NCBI GenBank assembly: GCA_017465945.1
Contig: JAFTVD010000023.1
Span: forward strand, 37,104 to 101,103
Source: Alphaproteobacteria bacterium
Lineage (GTDB): Bacteria; Pseudomonadota; Alphaproteobacteria; RF32; CAG-239
DNA: 64,000 bases
Reading direction: 5' to 3'
Numbering within the stretch: position 1 is the first letter of the stretch; each line of letters begins with the position of its first letter. Made by a program: the position numbers and the translations under genes. A model generated the notes under the pieces. That model had not been told where the DNA came from. It searched no databases and worked only from the letters and a program-made list of their open reading frames with translations. Below, in pieces: positions 40,601-48,780 of this stretch.

Positions 40601-43273
40601 ATCTACTTTTGAGCAATCATTACCTTCAATAGTCAGATTATTTATGCAATCTTGGTAATAATTGTAGTAGCCGTTTTCTTCTTTACAATCGTATTGACAA
40701 TTATAACACGGAGTTTCTCCTGCATAATGTGAAATAGAACTATTATAACCTTCTGCTATATTTTCGACGGTTATATAACAATTCTCTGATACATCTGGTA
40801 TTTCATCATTATAACTATAACACGTTTTTGGGGTACATATACCACAATAATCATCTCCACTATAACCATTGTAATCATATGTATATCCTCTTGAACCAGT
40901 GGTACCGCAATCGCTTGCAGATTGATATTGAGAATTTCCTGATGTACATGCTTTAGGTTTACAATATTTACATTCAAGTGAGCCTGAATATGTTCCTGTT
41001 CCTATTACTTCCCAGCCAGATGATACTCCTATTTGGCTACAAGAGTATGCTGTAATACCTGTTGCAGAAGATACTGTTTTTCCATCTACTTCAACATCTG
41101 GACAATCGCCTGAGCTACCTTTGTAATAGCAGTTGTTTTTAAATTCATTACATTTATATGTTGGGTATTGGTTTAAGCATTCTTGTTTGGTTTTATAAGC
41201 ACCTTTTGAGTTATCGCAATAATAATTACATTCGTAACATGTATCTTCACCTGATTTACCATTTTCAACAACTTTTTCTATTATGTTATCTGTTTTAGAT
41301 GGGCATTTTTCTGTAGAAGTGTATGATGTGGATATAGGATTGGTGCTTGAGGGGCATGATTTTTTAGTACATAAACCGCATAAGATGTCTCCTGTATAGT
41401 AGTTTTGAGAAATGTTCCATCCACTTGCACCGGTTGAACCGCAATCTTCTACAGTTTTGTACTGTGGATCACCTGATACACATGCTTTGGTTTTACAATA
41501 TTTGCATTCTTCGGTACCTGAATATGTACCTGTTCCTATAATTTCCCAGCCTGAACCTACACCGATTTGACTACATGATGTAGGGGTCAAACCTGTTGCT
41601 GTTGTAGTTTGCTGGCCGTCTACTGTTATTGTTGGGCAAGCACCGGCTGAACCTTTGTAGTAACAATTATTTCTAAAGTCATTACATGTATATGATGGGT
41701 ATTGGTTTAAGCATTCTTGTTTGGTGTCATAAGCACCTTTTGAGTTATCACAAGTATAGGTACATTCATAACAGATGTCAGAACCTGAATAGCCTCTTAC
41801 TATTCTATCTTTGAAGAAATTATCTGTTTTAGTTGGGCATTTGTCTTGTGAGGTGTAGTTTGTGGATACATTAGAAAGTATGCAGGACGCATCATTATTA
41901 CATGTGCAAGTATTTTTTACGCACTTTGAGCATTGCAAGTTTCCGCTATAACCTTGGTAGTTTATATCCCAGCCTTCTGTTGTTCCGCCATTGTTTTTTG
42001 CACAATCAGATTTTTCTTGATTTAAGGTGCTATATTCGGCAGGACATGAAGCTTCGCTTTGTCTGTAATAACATTGTGAAACAGCATCTTGAGTACAAAT
42101 ATAACCAATTTCTCCATTTGCATTTTGTTTACAAGTGGTTTCATTTGCAAAACCAGTTATTTCGTCGCATTGGTATTGACATTCATAGCAAGAATTTTCG
42201 CCTTGATTGTTAGTTTTTGTTGTAGAGGTGGCTATCATATATTGCTTTTGTGGACAATGCTCTTTTATAAAATAGTTTGTTGATGAATTTGCTTGGCATG
42301 TAAGTTCGGCATCTTTAAACCAACATTGTGAATTTGTATCAAGTAAACAAGAATAACCAATTTCTCCATTTGCATTTTGTTTACAAGTGGCTTCATTTGC
42401 AAAACCTAGAGACTCGTCGCATTGGTATTGGCATTCGTAGCATGTATCATCACCTTGTTTGCCTGTTTCTGTAGTAGATGTTGCTATCATATATTGTTTT
42501 TGTGGGCAATGCTCTTTTATGAAATAATGTGTTGATGATGATGGTTGGCATTGTTTTGGTGAACATAGTCCGCATTTTAGGTCGCCACTAAATCCATCAT
42601 TAGTATATTCCCACCCTGCTTGTGCTGTCTGTCTGCAATCTTCTACAGTTTGGTAGTTGGTATCACCTGTATTGCAAGTTTTAGGTGTACATTTACCGCA
42701 ATCTTTATCACCTATTTTACCATATGTTTCGTATATCCAGCCATCTAGACCAGTTTGGCCACACATTTGTGGGGTATATTTTTCTATACTATAACCTCTG
42801 GGGCAAGTTTCTTTATCGTCACCGCCTAATATTTCTGCGGCTCCCCAAATAGCACCTCCTGCAAGTATGCCACCAATTAACCAGTTACTTAGTTCATTTG
42901 AATTGTTATCAATATATGCTATACTACATATTGGGTCCTCATCATCATGGCACATAACATTGCGAGAAGCACCTGCTTTTATTAGTAATTCATACGCATT
43001 TTTATCTTTTGCTTTTTGGGCGTAGCAAAGGGCTGTTAGGGTTTGTTTATCTGTTAAATTTATAAAATCACGAAGGTATATTAGGGCTTTTTTATTTTGT
43101 AAGCGTGCGTAATGATATATTTTTTTAGGAGTTATATTGTATTTTTGTATAATTTCTGCCGTAGCTCTAGGCAAATCATTTATCGATTTTTGAGCATGTG
43201 AAGGAAGAACAACAAAAACATTTGTGATTGTTATTAATGTTAATAAACGCAAAAAAGTGCATAGCTTTGACAT
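37625..43273 (-). CDS. Giant cysteine-rich repeat autotransporter-like outer-membrane protein
   Basis: Signal peptide from ATG 43273 (GAGG SD), about 1,000-aa Cys-rich repeat region, Asn/Gly-rich beta-helix-like stalk (N-x-G-x-I-x-I), beta-barrel-like C-terminus ending FGIKYNF. Confidence 0.8.
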   Translation of the reverse strand: MSKLCTFLRLLTLITITNVFVVLPSHAQKSINDLPRATAEIIQKYNITPKKIYHYARLQNKKALIYLRDFINLTDKQTLTALCYAQKAKDKNAYELLIKAGASRNVMCHDDEDPICSIAYIDNNSNELSNWLIGGILAGGAIWGAAEILGGDDKETCPRGYSIEKYTPQMCGQTGLDGWIYETYGKIGDKDCGKCTPKTCNTGDTNYQTVEDCRQTAQAGWEYTNDGFSGDLKCGLCSPKQCQPSSSTHYFIKEHCPQKQYMIATSTTETGKQGDDTCYECQYQCDESLGFANEATCKQNANGEIGYSCLLDTNSQCWFKDAELTCQANSSTNYFIKEHCPQKQYMIATSTTKTNNQGENSCYECQYQCDEITGFANETTCKQNANGEIGYICTQDAVSQCYYRQSEASCPAEYSTLNQEKSDCAKNNGGTTEGWDINYQGYSGNLQCSKCVKNTCTCNNDASCILSNVSTNYTSQDKCPTKTDNFFKDRIVRGYSGSDICYECTYTCDNSKGAYDTKQECLNQYPSYTCNDFRNNCYYKGSAGACPTITVDGQQTTTATGLTPTSCSQIGVGSGWEIIGTGTYSGTEECKYCKTKACVSGDPQYKTVEDCGSTGASGWNISQNYYTGDILCGLCTKKSCPSSTNPISTSYTSTEKCPSKTDNIIEKVVENGKSGEDTCYECNYYCDNSKGAYKTKQECLNQYPTYKCNEFKNNCYYKGSSGDCPDVEVDGKTVSSATGITAYSCSQIGVSSGWEVIGTGTYSGSLECKYCKPKACTSGNSQYQSASDCGTTGSRGYTYDYNGYSGDDYCGICTPKTCYSYNDEIPDVSENCYITVENIAEGYNSSISHYAGETPCYNCQYDCKEENGYYNYYQDCINNLTIEGNDCSKVDTYTNCYHEDTSGVCSSGTSSLYSSISNCPYYDKYPDIVSNQMSGGIDTDGQPCYECIYTCQGSVIEGDVEKEIVDDNDCSEYYGWNCEEIHDAPYPDTNCVLKSAMTECTRGGEVYIKTWKDCPPGGNESSWTLESSGYIGGQECKKCTAVECYEQGYSNASGVCDRRLGFKSSDSIITNIYFGNVPCKVCECKHDASLTTCPDGSTPKINELYGMSCKYCPEDEAELASLTHPLQQTLINHTTGDYIGSSQPTVNATGENHIDNHAITIHNSSKDSTISLKQSDDTNTILYNSYASTQPTSKYQAVANATLNIIQEENAENNTLIALKSSNDVYNAYADNNSIATANINIEDIQNNTNEIYGIYAQNNAYNAKAIDTSKAYGNININTITQNRAIGIYATNNIYNTSSENENSQINIKGASSGNIYGLYSKQGSIKNSGDINITSKDGQVYGIYLENGNNQSIENTGNITLNTSSTAYGIYVKDGGSKESGVNILNTGTINITANNLSKGIKIENNGANAKVENSGTIIVNNQTNDSNAIDLNGATLTNKGTILSTDQLNLSSFNATHILDGGTYVAESIKGDTLISSKSSLNSNQDTYTTKQAFQTKDVSNLNISHESALYDAKLIKNENNSYDVQSTRKNFNNFTDNASLSNYLEQNYKNGNLTNLYNKLKEKTTKQALAKEIYKKTGADFLINLPQENINTIRHTSEIITDAILKPTNEINRVISGVDTYLQETDGKTYTTGYENQTTSTYMFGDKKINNNNRLGIGLAILQTKSNYDNGIDRKENIISIFLPWLHQFTDTLRLSTILNIGYGFGDYEKHQTKTDIKDYIYSITNKLTYDVNLNDYAMLEPQLIFNAIGYYQDDMIESHNDNPLRVKSGNHLSTEVGVGLFIKKNLIDKEKQKLNLRIGGIYYQELNNPHKNLNAGFIEGNGYYKITDIDDIYDHNRAILEASLDYEYKDLSLYLKYNHLLQSNKSKIFDFGIKYNF
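40870..41870 (-). repeat. Intragenic tandem duplication, period 534 bp (178 aa); limits approximate
   Basis: gggtattggtttaagcattcttgtttgg at 41163 and 41697; protein repeat CDNSKGAYxTKQECLNQYP...GWExIGTGTYSG. Confidence 0.85.
42050..42545 (-). repeat. Intragenic tandem duplication, period 252 bp (84 aa); limits approximate
   Basis: ataaccaatttctccatttgcattttgtttacaagtgg at 42101 and 42353; protein repeat YFIKEHCPQKQYMIATSTT...CKQNANGEIGY. Confidence 0.85.
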
Positions 43274-43356
43274 ATTAAGCCTCAAAATATACAATATTAT
43301 ATATTTTAGGGATTATAATGACTATATTATATATGTATAGTTTATGGATATAGTTA

Positions 43357-43383
43357 TTAACAGAGTTTTAACTTTTTGTTAAC
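43357..43383. promoter_or_regulatory. Tandem CtrA-like boxes upstream of the autotransporter
   Basis: TTAA-cagagtt-TTAA-ctttttg-TTAAC. Confidence 0.5.
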
Positions 43384-43934
43384 TAAATTTTTTGTACTGA
43401 CATTATATGGGTAATTTGTCCTATTATATCTATATCAGTAATAGAAGTTTGTATTGGTGGATATGCTGTGTTATCGGTTATGATTTTAATACTCTTATTA
43501 TCTATTATTTGTAATCTTCTTAAAATTGTTTGATTGTTATATGAGATTAAATATATGCCATTGGTTATTGGTGTTTTTATATCATCTATTATGGCTATTG
43601 AATGTTTAAAAAGTGTTGGTTGCATTGTGTCGTCTGGCATAATATAGCCTTTGGTGGTAGAAGAAGCATTAATTTGCGGAGGAATATTCCAATGTGTGTG
43701 GGGTAGTAGGTTATAAATTTCTGGATTTATTAATTCTATCCCCTCTTGTTTTTCATTAGTTATACTATTGATTGAAACTTTAAGAACTTCAGCAATCTTG
43801 TTGGCTAGCTCTTTTTTTAATTCTACTTGGTTGTTTTCTATTTTGGTTAAATTGCTTTGAGACATACCAAGAAGGTTAGCAAGTTCTGTAACGCTTATGT
43901 TTTTTTCTTTTCTTATTTTTTTTATATTATTCAT
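43383..43934 (-). CDS. XRE-family HTH regulator with an S24-like C-terminal domain
   Basis: IKKIRKEKNISVTELANLLGMSQSNLTKIEN; DDTMQPT, ILRRL, TDNTAYPP, IIGQI. Confidence 0.85.
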   Translation of the reverse strand: MNNIKKIRKEKNISVTELANLLGMSQSNLTKIENNQVELKKELANKIAEVLKVSINSITNEKQEGIELINPEIYNLLPHTHWNIPPQINASSTTKGYIMPDDTMQPTLFKHSIAIIDDIKTPITNGIYLISYNNQTILRRLQIIDNKSIKIITDNTAYPPIQTSITDIDIIGQITHIMSVQKI

Positions 43935-43944
43935 AGATGTTCTC

Positions 43945-44721
43945 TTATTCTTGGCGTAGCTTACAATCTGTGGTATATGCCTCTAATTGTTCTTTGTGTT
44001 GAGATAACCATGTTTTATTGCAGTTTGATAGTTCATCTGAATCATCAAATGAGCAACATGATTTCATAATAGTATTTCCCATGTTTATGCAGTTTGCATT
44101 TATTGCATCTAATAAAATTTGAGGAATTTCTTTAGTTTTTATTTCATTTTTTTCGTCAATGTAACTACAACTTCCAATTACAAATTTATCATTTGCGGTT
44201 ACAACGTCATAGATTGTTTTACCATTTTCATCATAGGTAAGCATTTGACCATCTAATTTATCCTCTACATAAGTACATTGTACATGAGGATTACCACTTG
44301 GATAATAGTATTTGGCGATACCTTCTTTTTTGCCTTTTACATAAGGGATTACTGATTGGATTTTGTTTTCAGGGTGATAGGTTATTGATGGACCATGAAG
44401 TTGACCTTTTACATAGGTTTTTTCGTAGATTTTATCTCCGTTTGTTTCAACAGCTTTTGCAGTTCCTTCGAGTAAGCCGTTTTTTGCATGTAGCGAGCGA
44501 ATTACTTTGCCACTTTCATATTTTCGGAGTTCGCCGGTTATTTTAGTATTATTTTTATCAACACAATAAGTTGTTCTATCTTTTTTACGGTAGCGACATT
44601 TTGTGTTTTTTAATAAATGTAGTTTAGTGCCATTAGTTGTTGGTGGTGTAATATCTTTTGCTATTGCATTGTTTGTAATTGATGCAACAAGTAATAATAC
44701 AAAAAAACTTCTTAATAACAT
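43945..44721 (-). CDS. Exported MORN-variant repeat (YwqK-like) protein
   Basis: Signal peptide and repeats such as YVKGQLHGPSITYHPEN and YVKGKKEGIAKYYYPSG. Confidence 0.75.
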   Translation of the reverse strand: MLLRSFFVLLLVASITNNAIAKDITPPTTNGTKLHLLKNTKCRYRKKDRTTYCVDKNNTKITGELRKYESGKVIRSLHAKNGLLEGTAKAVETNGDKIYEKTYVKGQLHGPSITYHPENKIQSVIPYVKGKKEGIAKYYYPSGNPHVQCTYVEDKLDGQMLTYDENGKTIYDVVTANDKFVIGSCSYIDEKNEIKTKEIPQILLDAINANCINMGNTIMKSCCSFDDSDELSNCNKTWLSQHKEQLEAYTTDCKLRQE

Positions 44722-44802
44722 ATTCCCTCCACTAGTAGTATTATGTTAAAAGTATATTTTATTTTTTTTAATGTGAAGTTAATTTTATAAGTTTTAAGCA
44801 TA

Positions 44803-44836
44803 AAAAAAGAGGATAGCTTTTAGGCTACCCTCTTTT
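44803..44836 (-). terminator. Terminator after thrS
   Basis: aaaagaggatagc...gctaccctctttt with an A run. Confidence 0.65.
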
Positions 44837-44848
44837 ATTGTTTTTGTT

Positions 44849-46774
44849 TTATTCATATAGATGAGGCATTTGTGCTTCTGTTGAGAGCTCTTTTACTGCT
44901 TCGTCTAATGATTTTACTGTTTGGTTTTCTGAACCAAGACGGCGAATTGTTACGGTTTTATTTTCTTCTTCTTTGGCACCAACAACCATTATTACTGGTG
45001 TTTTAGCAAGAGAGTGTTCACGAATTTTGTAATTGATTTTTTCGTTACGTGTATCAACCTTAACAGTTAAACCGTGTTTACGAAGTGTGTTTGCTACCTC
45101 GTTTGCGTATGCGTCAAAATTAGATGTAACAGGTGCTACAACAATTTGCTCTGGTGATAACCATAGAGGTAAGCGTCCTGCATGATGTTCAATTAAGATA
45201 CCCAAGAAACGTTCGATAGAACCAAATAATGCACGATGTAGCATAACAGGTTGGTGTTTGTTACCATCTTCTCCAATATATGAAATATCAAAACGTGATG
45301 GTAAGTTCATATCTACTTGGATTGTTCCGCATTGCCATTCACGACCAATAGCATCTTTTAAGATAAATTCTAGTTTTGGACCATAAAATGCGCCCTCGCC
45401 TTCATTTATCTCATAAGCATAACCATGTCTATCAAGGGCATTAGCTAATGATTTTTCTGAAATATCCCATATTTCATCTGAACCAATACGTTTTTCTGGA
45501 CGAGTTGATAGATAAATTTTGATATTATCGAAACCAAAGTCTTTGTAAATATCAAAAATTAGCTTCATTGTAGAGATGCACTCTTCTTCCATTTGTTCTG
45601 GTGTGCAGAATATGTGAGCATCATCTTGTGTGAATTCTCTTACTCGCATTAAACCCATTAGTGCGCCAGATGCTTCATAACGATTTACTTTACCAAATTC
45701 TGCCATGCGAAGTGGTAAATCTCGATAGCTTTTTTGACCTTGTTTATATACTAGTAGTCCTCCTGGGCAGTTCATTGGTTTGATACAGAACATTTTGCCG
45801 TCTTCGGTTTGTCCGGAGTAGTTGTGTGCTCCATATTTTTCCCAGTGACCAGATGTTTCCCATAAGCATCTATCCATAATGCGTGGAGTTGAGATTTCTT
45901 CATAACCATTATGATTTTGGCGGTTACGCATATATTCAATTAAGCGTCTGTATACTTTATAACCTTTATCATGCCAAAATACTGCGCCAGGGGCATATTC
46001 TGGTTCAAAATGGAATAAATCCATTTCACGACCAAGTTTGCGGTGATCACGTTTGGCTGCTTCTTCTATTTTAGTTAAGTAAGCTTGTAGGTCTTTTTTG
46101 TCAGCCCATGCGGTTGCATATATACGTTGCAACATTTCGTTATTAGAATCGCCTCTCCAGTATGCGCCAGCTACTTTCATTAGTTTGAAAGCTGTTCCTA
46201 CTTTTGATGTAGATGGAACGTGTGGGCCACGGCATAGGTCAACATAATCGCCTTGACGATATAAAGAAATTTCAGCATCAAGTGGTAAATCTTCGATGAT
46301 TTCTACTTTATATTTCTCGCCTCTTGAATCAAACAAAGCGATGGCTTCGGCTCTTGATACAACGATACGTTCAATTTTTTCATCACGATTTACGATTTCT
46401 TTCATCTTTTCTTCTATTTTAGCAAAATCGTCTGTGGTGAATGGTTCTTTTCTGGCAAAGTCATAGTAAAAGCCGTCTTCAATAGAAGGACCTATTGTTA
46501 CTTGTACGTCTGGCCATAATTCTTTTACTGCCTCTGACATGATGTGTGAGCATGAGTGGCGAAGTATATCTAAGCCACTTTTATCTTTTGCTGTAATGAT
46601 TTTAACTTTGGCATCACAAGTTATAGGGGTGGTGGTATCTGTTAGTGTGCCATTAGTTTCAATAGCAAGAGCAGCTTTTGCAAGGTTTGGACTAATAAGG
46701 TTGGCTAATTCAAAGCCTGAAATACCGGCTTCTACTTCTTTTATGCTACCGTCTGGTAGTTCAATTTTTATCAT
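44849..46774 (-). CDS. thrS: Threonine--tRNA ligase
   Basis: TGS domain, RHSCSH, DLCRGPH, RDHRKLG, KPMNCP, RVREFTQDDAH, AFYGPK, HRALFGSIERF. Confidence 0.98.
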   Translation of the reverse strand: MIKIELPDGSIKEVEAGISGFELANLISPNLAKAALAIETNGTLTDTTTPITCDAKVKIITAKDKSGLDILRHSCSHIMSEAVKELWPDVQVTIGPSIEDGFYYDFARKEPFTTDDFAKIEEKMKEIVNRDEKIERIVVSRAEAIALFDSRGEKYKVEIIEDLPLDAEISLYRQGDYVDLCRGPHVPSTSKVGTAFKLMKVAGAYWRGDSNNEMLQRIYATAWADKKDLQAYLTKIEEAAKRDHRKLGREMDLFHFEPEYAPGAVFWHDKGYKVYRRLIEYMRNRQNHNGYEEISTPRIMDRCLWETSGHWEKYGAHNYSGQTEDGKMFCIKPMNCPGGLLVYKQGQKSYRDLPLRMAEFGKVNRYEASGALMGLMRVREFTQDDAHIFCTPEQMEEECISTMKLIFDIYKDFGFDNIKIYLSTRPEKRIGSDEIWDISEKSLANALDRHGYAYEINEGEGAFYGPKLEFILKDAIGREWQCGTIQVDMNLPSRFDISYIGEDGNKHQPVMLHRALFGSIERFLGILIEHHAGRLPLWLSPEQIVVAPVTSNFDAYANEVANTLRKHGLTVKVDTRNEKINYKIREHSLAKTPVIMVVGAKEEENKTVTIRRLGSENQTVKSLDEAVKELSTEAQMPHLYE

Positions 46775-46803
46775 TTTTTACCCCTATAAATAAGTTAAAT
46801 TAA

Positions 46804-47961
46804 TTAGTTTGAGCTTATCACTTCTCGATAAACCTTTAAGGTCTTATCACACATAATTTGTTTTGTAAAGTTTTCTTTTATATAATTTTGAGCAGAAGTT
46901 GTGATTTTTTTGATTTCTTGTTCATCCATATCAAGTGCATGAGCGATTTTTTTAGCTAAATCATTGGCGTCACCTGATTTGAAGTGAAATCCTGTTACTT
47001 TATCTTTTAGGTTGTCTAGTGAACCACCTATGTTTGATGCTATCACAATTTTACCCATTGCTTCTCCTTCGGCTGCAATTCTACCAAATGCTTCAGGCTC
47101 TATTGAGGCAGATACAACGATATCGCATGCTTTCATTAAGGCTGGAACATCATCTGTATGCTTTATGAAGGTAAAGCGTGAATTCATTTTATAATCATTT
47201 ATTTTTTGGATTAAACCTGATGAATACTCTGTTCGTCCTTGGTCATCACCGGTGAAAATACAATGAAAGTCATCTCTTGATTTAATCTTTGCTAGAGCGT
47301 CAATTAATAATTCTTGCCCTTTCCAACGGGTTAAGCGCCCTATTAATAATATGAGTTTTTTATCTGTTGGAATGTTATGCTTTTCTATCATTGTTTTAAG
47401 GCGTTCTTGAGTTACGGCTTGTGGATCAAATTTTTCTACATCCACGCAACGATGAACAAATGCTAGTTTTTTCTCGTCAACTTTGTAATGTTTTATAACG
47501 TGTTCTTTGATGTGAGTTGAGATAACTATTACTCTTTCACCTAGTGTCATTATCTTGTTATATACCTTTTTTATACCGCAAGGACCAAGGCCATATGTGC
47601 CATGAAATGTAGTTACATAATGCACCTTTGCCATTTTGGCTGCTAGATATGCACTCCATGCTGGAGCACGTGAGCGTGCATGAACAATATTAATTCCCTC
47701 TTGTTTGATGATTTGTGCTAATTTGTTAGCATTTCTCAATATGGTTATTGGGTTTTTACTTTTTAAGGGAAGTTTAAAGTGTTTTACTTTTAGACGTTCT
47801 AGTTGGTGTTCCATTCTACCACCAAGTGATGCGACGTAATTTGTTATACCTTCATTTGTTAGGTGTTCTGCAATTTGGATTGTTCCTAATTCTACTCCAC
47901 CTTGATTTAATTCGGGTAATACTTGTAAAATTACAGGCTTTTTTACTTTATCTTTACTCAT
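46804..47961 (-). CDS. GT4 family glycosyltransferase
   Basis: LQVLPELNQGGVE, VHARSRAPAW, TTFHG, GRLTRWKGQ, PEAFGR. Confidence 0.9.
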   Translation of the reverse strand: MSKDKVKKPVILQVLPELNQGGVELGTIQIAEHLTNEGITNYVASLGGRMEHQLERLKVKHFKLPLKSKNPITILRNANKLAQIIKQEGINIVHARSRAPAWSAYLAAKMAKVHYVTTFHGTYGLGPCGIKKVYNKIMTLGERVIVISTHIKEHVIKHYKVDEKKLAFVHRCVDVEKFDPQAVTQERLKTMIEKHNIPTDKKLILLIGRLTRWKGQELLIDALAKIKSRDDFHCIFTGDDQGRTEYSSGLIQKINDYKMNSRFTFIKHTDDVPALMKACDIVVSASIEPEAFGRIAAEGEAMGKIVIASNIGGSLDNLKDKVTGFHFKSGDANDLAKKIAHALDMDEQEIKKITTSAQNYIKENFTKQIMCDKTLKVYREVISSN

Positions 47962-48005
47962 TATAGTCTATATCCTTAAAAAAGTTAGTAAACATGAGAG
48001 GCGTT

Positions 48006-48758
48006 ATGATGCAAAAATATAAATTTAAGAACGGACACACCACTTTGATTGAGTATATTAAGCCAGATATGGGAAAAACTCAAAAATTTACGATAGTTTA
48101 TGCACATGGTTTTTGTTCTGACCCGATGGGGAGAAAGCCAGAGGTGGTTAAAGCTTGGTGTATTGAAAATGGTGTTGGATTTTTTAGGTTTGAAATTGCA
48201 GGTCATGGTAGTGATGTAGATAATTTTAGAAAAACAACAATAGATACTTATAAAGAGCAAATGTTTGAAATTGTTAGAGATATTGTTGATGGTGATGTGG
48301 TTGTTATGGGGGCTTCACTTGGTGGATGGCTTTCTTTATTAACGGCTATAAAGTTTCCAGATAGAGTAATCGGGATGATTGGACTTGCGGCTGCTCCTGA
48401 CTTTTTGAAGAGATTTTTTGAAAATTATTTTAATGATGAACATAAAAAAGCTTTGGAAGAAAATGGAGAAATTATATTTCCTACCAATGATTTTTCATAT
48501 ATTATCACTAAAAATATGTTAGAATCGGCAAAGCCTAACTTGTTGTTAGAAGGTGATGAAATTAAGTATGATGGTAAAGTTCGTTTGTTGCAAGGAATGA
48601 ATGATGCGGCTTTACCTTGGGAAATTGCCCCATTAATTGCTAAGAAACTTACATCTTTAGATGTTAAAGTTATATTGATGAAAAATTCTAATCATCGTTT
48701 AAGTAGTGATGAAGATGTTGTTGAAATTAAAAGAATGCTCAATGATTTTTTAGTTTAA
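48006..48758 (+). CDS. Alpha/beta hydrolase
   Basis: HGFCSD, GHG, GASLGG nucleophile elbow, AAAPDF, GMNDA, NHRLS. Confidence 0.88.
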   Translation: MMQKYKFKNGHTTLIEYIKPDMGKTQKFTIVYAHGFCSDPMGRKPEVVKAWCIENGVGFFRFEIAGHGSDVDNFRKTTIDTYKEQMFEIVRDIVDGDVVVMGASLGGWLSLLTAIKFPDRVIGMIGLAAAPDFLKRFFENYFNDEHKKALEENGEIIFPTNDFSYIITKNMLESAKPNLLLEGDEIKYDGKVRLLQGMNDAALPWEIAPLIAKKLTSLDVKVILMKNSNHRLSSDEDVVEIKRMLNDFLV

Positions 48759-48780
48759 AATAAGTAGATAAGGTGTTGTT

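Noticed and set aside
44768-44782. Single TTAA-N7-TTAA upstream of the MORN-repeat gene
   Set aside because: Such matches are expected by chance in very AT-rich spacers; not reported without further support
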